NCBI GenBank assembly: GCA_043771555.1
Contig: JAYVHB010000069.1
Location: 1,196 to 65,195 of the forward strand
DNA: 64,000 nt
From: Flavobacterium sp.
GTDB lineage: Bacteria > Bacteroidota > Bacteroidia > Flavobacteriales > Flavobacteriaceae
Reading direction: 5' to 3'
This document shows, piece after piece, positions 9,052 to 18,337 of the stretch. Within the stretch, counting starts at the first letter, position 1, and the number at the start of each line of letters is the position of its first letter. Under the pieces are notes generated by a model. That model ran no database searches, had not been told where the DNA came from, and saw nothing but the letters and a program-made list of their open reading frames with translations. Both the position numbers and the translations under genes were made by a program.

Positions 9052-12000
9052 TTACATATTCCTCCTATACTGCCCGCCAACTTCAAACAATCCTGCGGTA
9101 ATTTGCCCCAACGAACAAACCTTGGTCGCTTCCATTAATTTCTCGAAAATATTTTCATTTTTGATGGCGGCTTCTTGCAAAATGGCAATGTGTTGCGCCA
9201 CTTTTTCGGCACTTGAAGCTTGCAGACTTGATAACATTTCTATTTGGTATTGTTTTTCTTCTTCGGTGGCACGAATCACTTCGGCAGGAATTACCGTTGG
9301 CGATCCTTTAGAACTTAAAAAAGTATTCACACCAATAATCGGGAATTCGCCAGTGTGTTTCAAGGTTTCATAATACAAACTTTCTTCTTGTATTTTGCTA
9401 CGTTGGTACATGGTTTCCATAGCGCCTAGAACTCCACCACGTTCTGTGATTCGGTCAAATTCTTGTAAAACAGCATCTTCTACCAAGTCGGTTAATTCTT
9501 CAATAATAAAGGAACCTTGAATAGGGTTTTCGTTTTTGGCTAAGCCCAATTCTTTATTAATAATCAATTGTATTGCCATGGCACGACGCACACTTTCTTC
9601 GGTTGGTGTTGTGATGGCTTCGTCATACGCATTGGTATGCAATGAGTTACAGTTGTCATAAATGGCATACAAGGCTTGTAACGTAGTACGAATATCATTA
9701 AAATCTATTTCCTGCGCGTGCAACGAGCGACCCGATGTTTGAATATGGTATTTCAACATTTGCGCTCTTTCGTTGGCACCATATTTATTTTTCAGGGCTT
9801 TTGCCCAAATTTTTCGAGCCACACGACCAATAACAGCATATTCAGGATCGATTCCGTTAGAGAAAAAGAACGATAAATTAGGTCCAAAATCGTTAATGTT
9901 CATGCCACGGCTCAAATAATATTCGACGTAGGTAAAACCATTGGAAAGCGTAAACGCCAATTGTGTAATAGGATTGGCTCCAGCTTCGGCAATGTGATAG
10001 CCCGAAATAGAAACCGAATAAAAATTACGCACATTTTCTTTAATGAAATATTCTTGCACATCGCCCATTAATCGTAAGGCAAACTCAGTCGAAAAAATAC
10101 AAGTGTTTTGTGCTTGATCTTCTTTCAAAATATCTGCTTGCACTGTTCCACGAACTTGAGTAAGAGTTTTTATTTTTATATCGTTATAAACGTCTAAAGG
10201 TAATACTTGATCACCGGTTACTCCCAGAAGCAACAATCCCAATCCGTTATTTCCTTCGGGTAAATCGCCTTGGTAACTTGGCCGAACACTTCCTTTTTGC
10301 TTATAAATTTCATTAATTTTGGCTTCGACCTCATCAATAAGACTGTTTTCACGGATGTATTTTTCGCAATTTTGATCTATTGCCGAATTCATAAAAAATC
10401 CCAACAACATAGGAGCTGGGCCATTAATGGTCATAGAAACCGAAGTCATTGGATGACTCAAATCGAAACCAGAATACAGTTTTTTGGCATCGTCCAAGCA
10501 ACAAATGGAAACACCTGCATTCCCGATTTTTCCATAAATATCGGGACGAATGTGTGGATCGTTTCCGTATAAAGTCACACTATCAAAAGCAGTCGAAAGT
10601 CGTTTGGCTGGCAATCCAGCAGAAACATAGTGAAACCTTTTGTTGGTTCGTTCGGGTCCGCCTTCGCCAGCAAACATGCGGCTTGGATCTTCGCCTTCAC
10701 GTTTAAAAGGATACAATCCAGAAGCAAAAGGAAATTCGCCCGGAACGTTTTCTTGCAAATTCCATTTTAGAATATCGCCCCAAGCTTGGTACTTTGGCAA
10801 GGCAACTTTCGGAATTTGAGAATGCGATAAACTTTCGGTATGCGTAGCGATTTTTATTTCTTTATCCCGAACTTTAAAGTTGTAAAAAGGATTTTTGTAT
10901 TTGTTTACTTTTTCGTTCCAAGTCAAGATAATTTCCCAATTATAAGGATCGAGGTTCATTTTTACTCGGTCGAATTCGGCAATCAGTAATTTCAAAAAGT
11001 CAACTTTGTCTGGCTGAGCTTGTCGAAGCCCTTCTTCTTCAATTCCAAACTTCGACAAGCTCAGTTTGACATTGGTTACAGATTCTATCGTTTTATAAAT
11101 TCCGTATAATTTTTGAGCCACTTCAACCTGAGAAAGAGCTGTTTCGTCATATTTTCGATTATTTTCAGCAATTTCAGATAAATATCGGGTTCGGTGTGGC
11201 GGTATTACAAATATTTTCTCGCTCATTTCACGAGTTATCTCGAAAGTAGATTTCAAGTTGGCATTTGTTTTTTCTACAATCCGATCCATAATCGCTTTGT
11301 ATAGCGTATTCATTCCGGGATCGTTAAACTGCGAAGCGATTGTTCCGAAAATAGGCATTGAATCGACGTTTTCATCCCAAAGATTATGATTTCGTTGGTA
11401 TTGTTTCTTAACATCACGAATGGCATCGAGCGCGCCACGTTTGTCGAATTTATTAAGAGCTACCAAGTCGGCAAAATCGAGCATGTCAATTTTTTCGAGT
11501 TGGGTTGCAGCACCAAATTCGGGCGTCATTACATATAAAGATACATCCGAATGATCCATAATTTCGGTATCGCTCTGCCCTATTCCCGAAGTTTCAATAA
11601 TAATGATATCGTATTTGGCAGCTTTCAACACCTGAATAGCTTCGGCAACATATTTTGATAAAGCTAGATTGGATTGTCGTGTTGCCAGCGAGCGCATATA
11701 CACTCTAGGATTATTAATCGCATTCATACGAATTCTATCGCCTAGCAAAGCACCGCCAGTTTTTCGTTTGGATGGATCTACCGATATTAATCCGATTGTT
11801 TTTGTAGGAAAGTCAATTAGAAAACGGCGGACTAATTCGTCCACCAAAGACGATTTTCCTGAACCTCCCGTTCCTGTAATTCCAAGAACTGGAATATTTG
11901 AATTTTGGTTATTTTTATGAATAGTATCGAAAGTAGGTTTTGCAATTTCAGGGAAATTCTCTGCTGCCGAAATTAATCGCGCAATTGCCGTCGGATTTTT

Positions 12001-12480
12001 TTCTTCAATATGTTTGAGTTCGCCATTAAGTTTATTACCAATAGGATAATCGGATCGTTGCACTAGATCGTTAATCATGCCTTGCAAACCCATCGCACGA
12101 CCATCATCTGGCGCATAAATTCGTTCGATTCCGTATTCGTGTAAATCTGAAATTTCAGAAGGCAAAATAACACCACCACCACCACCAAAAATTTTGATAT
12201 GGCTTGCTCCTTTCTCCTTCAATAAATCATACATATATTTAAAGTACTCGTTATGTCCACCTTGATAAGAGGTCATAGCAATTGCATTAGCATCTTCTTG
12301 GATAGCAGTATTGACGACTTCATCAACGCTTCGGTCATGACCTAAATGTATAACTTCAACACCAGTTGATTGAATTATTCTACGCATGATGTTGATGGCT
12401 GCATCGTGCCCATCAAATAAGGACGCTGCCGTTACAATTCGAACTTTATTTTTAGGAATATAAGGTATTTGTGGTTCCAT
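9052..12480 (-). CDS. icmF: Fused isobutyryl-CoA mutase (B12-binding domain, MeaB-like GTPase, acyl-CoA mutase)
   Basis: [13 protein letters not shown]12 motif; [10 protein letters not shown]-loop with [11 protein letters not shown]; [22 protein letters not shown] and [10 protein letters not shown]. Confidence 0.93.
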   Translation of the reverse strand: MEPQIPYIPKNKVRIVTAASLFDGHDAAINIMRRIIQSTGVEVIHLGHDRSVDEVVNTAIQEDANAIAMTSYQGGHNEYFKYMYDLLKEKGASHIKIFGGGGGVILPSEISDLHEYGIERIYAPDDGRAMGLQGMINDLVQRSDYPIGNKLNGELKHIEEKNPTAIARLISAAENFPEIAKPTFDTIHKNNQNSNIPVLGITGTGGSGKSSLVDELVRRFLIDFPTKTIGLISVDPSKRKTGGALLGDRIRMNAINNPRVYMRSLATRQSNLALSKYVAEAIQVLKAAKYDIIIIETSGIGQSDTEIMDHSDVSLYVMTPEFGAATQLEKIDMLDFADLVALNKFDKRGALDAIRDVKKQYQRNHNLWDENVDSMPIFGTIASQFNDPGMNTLYKAIMDRIVEKTNANLKSTFEITREMSEKIFVIPPHRTRYLSEIAENNRKYDETALSQVEVAQKLYGIYKTIESVTNVKLSLSKFGIEEEGLRQAQPDKVDFLKLLIAEFDRVKMNLDPYNWEIILTWNEKVNKYKNPFYNFKVRDKEIKIATHTESLSHSQIPKVALPKYQAWGDILKWNLQENVPGEFPFASGLYPFKREGEDPSRMFAGEGGPERTNKRFHYVSAGLPAKRLSTAFDSVTLYGNDPHIRPDIYGKIGNAGVSICCLDDAKKLYSGFDLSHPMTSVSMTINGPAPMLLGFFMNSAIDQNCEKYIRENSLIDEVEAKINEIYKQKGSVRPSYQGDLPEGNNGLGLLLLGVTGDQVLPLDVYNDIKIKTLTQVRGTVQADILKEDQAQNTCIFSTEFALRLMGDVQEYFIKENVRNFYSVSISGYHIAEAGANPITQLAFTLSNGFTYVEYYLSRGMNINDFGPNLSFFFSNGIDPEYAVIGRVARKIWAKALKNKYGANERAQMLKYHIQTSGRSLHAQEIDFNDIRTTLQALYAIYDNCNSLHTNAYDEAITTPTEESVRRAMAIQLIINKELGLAKNENPIQGSFIIEELTDLVEDAVLQEFDRITERGGVLGAMETMYQRSKIQEESLYYETLKHTGEFPIIGVNTFLSSKGSPTVIPAEVIRATEEEKQYQIEMLSSLQASSAEKVAQHIAILQEAAIKNENIFEKLMEATKVCSLGQITAGLFEVGGQYRRNM
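11007..11071. repeat. REP-like palindromic element embedded in frame within icmF
   Basis: tgtctggctgagcttgtcgaag (11007-11028) and cttcgacaagctcagtttgaca (11050-11071) are 19/22 complementary; encodes VKLSLSK...LRQAQPD. Confidence 0.8.
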
Positions 12481-12674
12481 TATTTTACACTTTTTAAGTC
12501 CTGCAATTTACATAAATAAATAATTTTTTGTTTGATTAGTAGGCAAAAAAATGTTAAAGTACTTAATCGATAAAAAATTACACTTTATCTAATTGTTAAA
12601 AAAAATATAAAAAGATTCTTGTAAGAAGACAAGAAAATGAGCAAATTTGCATGAAACAATAAAATCTAAACTAA

Positions 12675-15600
12675 ATGAAAAAAGTTACTTTAATTACAAT
12701 TGTAGCTTTGTGCGCATCATTATACACTCGTGCACAAGAGCTTCCTGCAAATCCGACACCTGGAAAGTGTTATGCTAAGTGTATTACCAAAGACGAGTAC
12801 AAGGAAATAACCGAAACTATTGAGGTAGCACCTTCTTACAAAAAACTTAGAGTAGTTCCAGCAACTTACAGAACAGAAGAAGAGCGTGTAATGGTAAAAC
12901 CTGCTGGAAAAACTACATCGGTAGCTCCTGCTACATACAAAACTGTTGACGAAAGAGTATTGGTTAAAGAAGCTGGAAAAAGAATGACCACAATTCCTGC
13001 AACTTACAAAACTGTTGATGAAAGAATGATGGTTAAAGAAGCTGGCAAAAGAATTTCAACCACACCTGCCACCTACAAAACTGTTGACGAAAGAGTTATG
13101 GTTAAAGAAGCGGGAAAAAGATTAACTACTGTTCCTGCAACATACAAAACTGTTGATGAAAGAGTTGTGGTTAAAGAAGCTGGAAAAAGAATTTCTACTG
13201 TTCCTGCAACTTATAAAACTGTTGACGAAAGAATGATGGTTAAAGAAGCTGGAAAAAGATTAACTACTGTTCCTGCAACATACAAAACTGTTGACGAAAG
13301 AGTTATGGTTAAAGAAGCTAGCAAAAGAATTGTAACGTATCCCGCAGCTTACAAAATGGTTGATGAAAGAGTTATGGTAAAAGAAGCTAGTAAAAGATTA
13401 GTTACTTATCCTGCAACTTTTAAAACTGTTGATGAAAGAATGATGACTAAAGAAGCTGGTAAAAGAGTTTCTTCTACACCTGCAACTTTTAAAACTATTG
13501 ACGAAAGAATGATGGTTAAAGAAGCTGGAAAAAGAATTGTAACCTATCCTGCAACATATAAAATGGTTGACGAAAGAGTTATGGTTAAAGAAGCTAGTAA
13601 AAGAATCGTAACGTATCCTGCAACTTATAAAACTGTTGACGAAAGAATGATGGTTAAAGAAGCTGGAAAAAGAATCGTAACGTATCCTGCTACATACAAA
13701 ATGGTAGATGAAAGAATGATGGTTAAAGAAGCTGGGAAAAGAATTACTACTGTTCCTGCAACTTACAAAACTGTTGATGAAAGAGTTATGGTAAAAGAAG
13801 CAAGCAAAAGATTGGTTTTTGTTCCTGCAACTTACAAAACAGAAGACGACAGAATAATGGTTAAAGAAGCTAGCAAAAGATTATCTGTTAGCCCTGCAAC
13901 ATACAGAACAGAAGATGTTGCTTTCGAAATTAGAGCTGCTTTAAACACTCTAGAAGTAGTTCCTGCAACATTTGCAAACGAAACAAGAACGTTTGTAGTT
14001 AAAGAAAAATCAGGAAAATTTGAATATACATTCCTAAAAGACTGTCCATCTGCAAATAAACAAGATTGTGCAACTGCTTGTTATATTGAAACGCCAGAAC
14101 GAACAGAAACTGTAACAGTTACTAAACTTTTAACTGATGCTACAACAAGAGAAGGTTCTGGAGCTGGAAACAGAGCAGGTGGAGCAACTTCTACATTACA
14201 ATCTAGCTACAAAAAACAAGTTTTGAACTCAGATGTAAAAGTAAACGAAGTTGATGTTCCTGCAGAATATGCTGTTACTAAAAGACAAGTTATCGCTACA
14301 CCGGCTCGTATGGAAGAAGTAGAAATTCCTGCGGAATATGCTATCGTAAAAAGACAAGTTATAGCAACTCCAGCTTCTTCATCAGAAGTAGAAGTTCCTG
14401 CTGAATATGCGGTTACAAAAAGACAAGTTATAGACTCACCTGCAAGATCAGAAGAAGTTGAAATTCCTGCTGAATATGCAATTACAAAAAGACAAGTTAT
14501 TACAACTCCAGCTCGTTCTGAAGAAATTGAAGTTCCTGCTGAATATGCTGTTGTAAAAAGACAAGTTATTGACCAACCAGCTCGTTCTGAAGAAGTAGAA
14601 GTTCCTGCTGAATATGCAATCACTAAAAGACAAATAATAGCTACACCAGCTTCCTCTTCTGAAGTAGAAGTTCCTGCTGAATATGCCGTTACCAAAAGAC
14701 AAGTTGTAGCTACTCCAGCGCGTACAGAAGAAGTTGATGTGCCTGCAGAATACGCTATTGTAAAACGTCAAGTAATTGACACTCCTGCTCGTACAGAAGA
14801 AGTAGAAGTTCCTGCTGAATATGCAATCGTAAAACGTCAAGTTATTGATCGTCCAGCGACTACACAAGAAGTGGAAGTTCCTGCTGAATATGCAATTACA
14901 AAAAGACAAGTTATTGCTACACCAGCTTCCTCTTCAGAAGTAGAAGTTCCTGCAGAATATGCAATTGTAAAACGTCAAGTAATTGATCGTCCTGCAACTA
15001 CTCAAGAAGTGGATGTGCCTGCAGAATACGCCATTGTAAAACGTCAAGTTATTGCAACTCCAGCTTCCTCTTCTGAGGTTGAAGTTCCTGCTGAATATGC
15101 TGTTACAAAAAGACAAGTTGTGGATCGACCAGCTTCTTCTTCTGAAGTAGAAGTTCCTGCTGAATATGCAATCGTAAAACGTCAAGTAATTGATCGTCCA
15201 GCTTCTTCTGTAGATACAGAAACTCCAGCAGAATATGCTGTAATAAGAAAACAAGTTGTAGACAAACCAGCAACATCTGTTGAAGATATTGTTCCAGGTG
15301 TAAGCAAAACAATCACAAAAACGGAGCTAATCAAAAAAGGTGGCATCACGGTTTGGGAAGAAATAGAATGTTCTTTAGTAAGCAAATCTGGAGAAGGAAA
15401 TGTACTTCCAATATTATATGAAACTGCAAGTGCACAAATAACTCCTGCATCTATAAGAGTAATTGATGATAACTTATTGAAATTAATGAATGACAAACCA
15501 GCTTTACGAGTTGAAATTATGTCACATACTGACTCAAGAGGAAATGATGATTACAACCAATCGTTATCGCAACAAAGAGCACAATCAGTTGTTAACTATC

Positions 15601-15746
15601 TTGTGTCAAAAGGAATCTCTAGAAGCAGATTAGAGGCTAGAGGTTACGGAGAAACACAATTGAAAAACAGATGTGCTAACGGTGTAGATTGTTCATTATC
15701 ACAACATCAAGTAAACAGAAGAACTGAATTCAGAATTATTCAGTAA
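12675..15746 (+). CDS. Secreted protein with two mirrored arrays of 23-aa repeats and a C-terminal OmpA-like peptidoglycan-binding domain
   Basis: SPI signal ending TRA/QE; PATYKTVDERxMVKEAxKR units, then a Cys tip, then PAEYAxxKRQVxxxPAxxxEVEV units; C-terminal SHTDSRG...YNQSLSQQRAQSVVNYL...GYGE...NRRTEF. Confidence 0.9.
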   Translation: MKKVTLITIVALCASLYTRAQELPANPTPGKCYAKCITKDEYKEITETIEVAPSYKKLRVVPATYRTEEERVMVKPAGKTTSVAPATYKTVDERVLVKEAGKRMTTIPATYKTVDERMMVKEAGKRISTTPATYKTVDERVMVKEAGKRLTTVPATYKTVDERVVVKEAGKRISTVPATYKTVDERMMVKEAGKRLTTVPATYKTVDERVMVKEASKRIVTYPAAYKMVDERVMVKEASKRLVTYPATFKTVDERMMTKEAGKRVSSTPATFKTIDERMMVKEAGKRIVTYPATYKMVDERVMVKEASKRIVTYPATYKTVDERMMVKEAGKRIVTYPATYKMVDERMMVKEAGKRITTVPATYKTVDERVMVKEASKRLVFVPATYKTEDDRIMVKEASKRLSVSPATYRTEDVAFEIRAALNTLEVVPATFANETRTFVVKEKSGKFEYTFLKDCPSANKQDCATACYIETPERTETVTVTKLLTDATTREGSGAGNRAGGATSTLQSSYKKQVLNSDVKVNEVDVPAEYAVTKRQVIATPARMEEVEIPAEYAIVKRQVIATPASSSEVEVPAEYAVTKRQVIDSPARSEEVEIPAEYAITKRQVITTPARSEEIEVPAEYAVVKRQVIDQPARSEEVEVPAEYAITKRQIIATPASSSEVEVPAEYAVTKRQVVATPARTEEVDVPAEYAIVKRQVIDTPARTEEVEVPAEYAIVKRQVIDRPATTQEVEVPAEYAITKRQVIATPASSSEVEVPAEYAIVKRQVIDRPATTQEVDVPAEYAIVKRQVIATPASSSEVEVPAEYAVTKRQVVDRPASSSEVEVPAEYAIVKRQVIDRPASSVDTETPAEYAVIRKQVVDKPATSVEDIVPGVSKTITKTELIKKGGITVWEEIECSLVSKSGEGNVLPILYETASAQITPASIRVIDDNLLKLMNDKPALRVEIMSHTDSRGNDDYNQSLSQQRAQSVVNYLVSKGISRSRLEARGYGETQLKNRCANGVDCSLSQHQVNRRTEFRIIQ
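12858..13961 (+). repeat. N-arm tandem array, 69-bp unit (15 canonical units plus 1 degenerate)
   Basis: Pro codons recur every 69 nt from 12858 to 13962; consensus PATYKTVDERVMVKEAGKRIVTV. Confidence 0.95.
14259..15293 (+). repeat. C-arm tandem array, 69-bp unit (15 units)
   Basis: Pro codons recur every 69 nt from 14259 to 15294; consensus PAEYAIVKRQVIATPASSEEVEV. Confidence 0.95.
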
Positions 15747-15767
15747 TTAGTTTAAAATTTTTATATT

Positions 15768-15802
15768 AAAAATCGGTTAACGAAAGTTAGCCGATTTTTT
15801 TT
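15768..15802 (+). terminator. Rho-independent terminator, possibly bidirectional
   Basis: aaaaatcggttaac-gaaa-gttagccgattttt followed by a T run. Confidence 0.85.
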
Positions 15803-15971
15803 GTACAAAATTAAAAAGCAATTTAAATAATGCTTTGCATTAAAACATTTTCGATATATTGAAATCGCTGTCATATTGATAGAGAATCTTTAAAAAATCA
15901 CAATATGAAACAAGTTTAGTATCTAATAAGGAAAAAAACTGTATTGAAAAAAGGATACTACCATTTAATTA

Positions 15972-16379
15972 TTAGTTCAACTGCTCTTCAAAAATACAAA
16001 TTACTTTTTCTGGAGCAACAATATGATTGGGAGCTTTTTGCATCATAGCCAAAACACGGTTCATCGCCACAGGATTTAAACCTAATTTAAGCCCAATTTT
16101 ATGTATCGTTACATCTTCGTATTTATGCACAATTTCGTCACAATACATAAGTAATGAAAGTTGATAGAAATGCACTATTCTATCAAATCCATCTTTTATC
16201 GGAATTATTTTATCTCGTTTTCGAAATAAATCTAAAAAAGCAGGTTTTTCTATATCCAATTCTTGAGATAATAATTTCAAGAAATCGTATTCTTTATCAT
16301 GTAGTTCGCCGTCTACCAATGCAAAAGCAATCATTTCTGATAGCAAACTAATTTTTTCCGAACGTTTATTCATAAGCAT
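15972..16379 (-). CDS. TerB-like family protein, paralog 3
   Basis: LLSEMIAFALVDGELHDKEYDFL...RIVHFYQLSLLMYCD. Confidence 0.75.
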   Translation of the reverse strand: MLMNKRSEKISLLSEMIAFALVDGELHDKEYDFLKLLSQELDIEKPAFLDLFRKRDKIIPIKDGFDRIVHFYQLSLLMYCDEIVHKYEDVTIHKIGLKLGLNPVAMNRVLAMMQKAPNHIVAPEKVICIFEEQLN

Positions 16380-16384
16380 TTTTA

Positions 16385-16786
16385 TTAATTGTGTTGCAGT
16401 TGATAAACTGAAACTAAAGCTTCAATAGGCAACGACGTATCTGGTGCATTTGCAACCATTTCAAGTACAATATGCATTGCATCTAATGACAAACCAAGAC
16501 GAACGCCGATATGATTTATGGCTATTTTTTCATTAATATGCAATCTATTATCACAGTGCATTAGCATTGCCAATTGATAAAAATGAACAATACGAGTAAA
16601 CGGATCTTTTACAATCATTGGCTCATACGATTTGGTAAACAAACTCAAATAATGCTCTTTTGAGATATCAAGTGTTTCGGCAACATTGGTCAAAAAAAAT
16701 AGCTCTTCTTCATGCAATTCGCCATCGACTAATGCAAAAGCCACCATTTCTGAAAGTAATCCTATTTTTTCGTTAAGACTAGTCAT
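16385..16786 (-). CDS. TerB-like family protein, paralog 2
   Basis: LLSEMVAFALVDGELHEEELFFL...RIVHFYQLAMLMHCD. Confidence 0.75.
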   Translation of the reverse strand: MTSLNEKIGLLSEMVAFALVDGELHEEELFFLTNVAETLDISKEHYLSLFTKSYEPMIVKDPFTRIVHFYQLAMLMHCDNRLHINEKIAINHIGVRLGLSLDAMHIVLEMVANAPDTSLPIEALVSVYQLQHN

Positions 16787-16794
16787 ACTGCTAA

Positions 16795-17196
16795 TTAATT
16801 ATTTTGCATTAGATAAAGTTTCATCAAATTTTCTGAAGGTATTTTTTTATTTTTTGCTTGAGCGACCATTGCAATAATAGCTTCCATAACATCTGTATTC
16901 AAACCCATTCTCAATCCTATACTATTTATAGAAGATTCTTCATTAACATGCAACCTTCCATCGCAATACATTAATAAAGCCAATTGATAAAAATGTACAA
17001 TTTGAGAAAATGGATCTTTTACTACTGAAGTCTCATAGCGTCTATTGAACAAATCGGAATATACCGATTTGCTAATTTGCAAATTAGCAGCGACTTCAGT
17101 CAAGAAAATAACTTCCAAATGATGCAATTCATCATCAACTAATGCAAAAGCAATCATCTCTGATAGTAAACTCACTTTCTCTTTTTCTGAATTCAT
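16795..17196 (-). CDS. TerB-like family protein, paralog 1
   Basis: LLSEMIAFALVDDELHHLEVIFL...QIVHFYQLALLMYCDG. Confidence 0.75.
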   Translation of the reverse strand: MNSEKEKVSLLSEMIAFALVDDELHHLEVIFLTEVAANLQISKSVYSDLFNRRYETSVVKDPFSQIVHFYQLALLMYCDGRLHVNEESSINSIGLRMGLNTDVMEAIIAMVAQAKNKKIPSENLMKLYLMQNN

Positions 17197-17320
17197 TAAA
17201 TCTTAATTTTTTGCTAAAATATTGATTTTAAATTGAATCTCAAAAAATTGTTGTCGCAATACTATTTTTATTTTAACAAAATTTTGAATACTTTTATCCA
17301 ACATAATAAAATAGGCAAAA

Positions 17321-18334
17321 ATGAAACTTATTCTAAAAGAATACATTCTAAAACTGAAACACACATTTACAATTTCGAGAGAATCTATAGATGTGCAACC
17401 TTCGTTGATTGTAGAATTGCAAAACGAGGGATTTTCGGGTTTTGGCGAAGCAACCTCAAATCCGTACTATAATATTACTGTACCAATGATGATGAAAGAT
17501 TTAGAAATTATTCGTCATCTCATTGAAACTACAAATTTTGAAGAAACACCAACCGAATTTTGGGCAAAAATTCAGCCCTATCTTCAAGAAAATATGTTTG
17601 CTTTGTGTGCGTTAGACATGGCATATAACGATTTATATGCACGCAAAAAAGGAAAAAAATTATACGATTTATGGAAGTATACTATCGAAAAAAATCCATT
17701 GACCGATTATACTATTGGAATTGCATCTATTGACAAAATGGTTTCAAAAATGCAAGAATTACCTTGGCCTATCTACAAAATAAAGTTGGGTACTAAAGAA
17801 GATATTGCAATTGTTACCGAACTCAGAAAACATACCAATGCTATTTTTAGAATCGACGCCAATTGTGCTTGGAGTGTTGAAGAAACCATAAATAATGCCG
17901 TTGCGCTCAAAAAACTTGGCGTAGAATTTATTGAACAACCCATCAAAGCAGACCAATGGGAAGCGCATAAAGAAGTTTTTAAACATTCTGTTTTGCCAAT
18001 TATTGCAGACGAAAGTTGCATAATTGAAGAAGATGTAGCGAAATGCCACAACCATTTTCATGGTGTCAACGTAAAATTGGTGAAATGCGGCGGGCTAACT
18101 CCTGGAAAACGAATGATAGAACAAGCAAAGCTTCTTGGATTAAAAACAATGGTTGGCTGTATGACCGAATCGACCGTTGGCATTTCGGCAATTGCCCAAC
18201 TTTTGCCACAACTCGATTATGTCGATATGGATGGCGCCTTGCTTCTTGCTGAGGATATTGCTACGGGTATTACTTTAGATTATGGAAAAATAAACTACTC
18301 AAGTTTGCACGGAACTGGTGTAACGTTACTTTAA
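17321..18334 (+). CDS. Dipeptide epimerase (L-Ala-D/L-Glu epimerase, enolase superfamily)
   Basis: KIKLG, RIDANCAW, FIEQP, IADES, NVKLVKCGG and DMDG motifs. Confidence 0.9.
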   Translation: MKLILKEYILKLKHTFTISRESIDVQPSLIVELQNEGFSGFGEATSNPYYNITVPMMMKDLEIIRHLIETTNFEETPTEFWAKIQPYLQENMFALCALDMAYNDLYARKKGKKLYDLWKYTIEKNPLTDYTIGIASIDKMVSKMQELPWPIYKIKLGTKEDIAIVTELRKHTNAIFRIDANCAWSVEETINNAVALKKLGVEFIEQPIKADQWEAHKEVFKHSVLPIIADESCIIEEDVAKCHNHFHGVNVKLVKCGGLTPGKRMIEQAKLLGLKTMVGCMTESTVGISAIAQLLPQLDYVDMDGALLLAEDIATGITLDYGKINYSSLHGTGVTLL

Positions 18335-18337
18335 TCG

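Noticed and set aside
12171-12187. (CAC)n tract as a contingency repeat
   Set aside because: It encodes the conserved FGGGGGVI motif of the IcmF B12-binding domain.
12858-15293. 69-bp periodic repeats as a CRISPR array
   Set aside because: Units are contiguous with no unique spacers, vary mainly at synonymous or conservative positions, stay in frame in one ORF, and there are no cas genes in the window.
12858-15293. Mirror symmetry explained by a DNA inverted repeat
   Set aside because: The reverse complement of a C unit shares only a short gaagctgg match with N units, so the symmetry is at the protein level.
14207-15496. Antisense ORFs with repeated Cys/Phe-rich motifs
   Set aside because: They are shadows of the sense-strand repeat codons and have no independent gene features.
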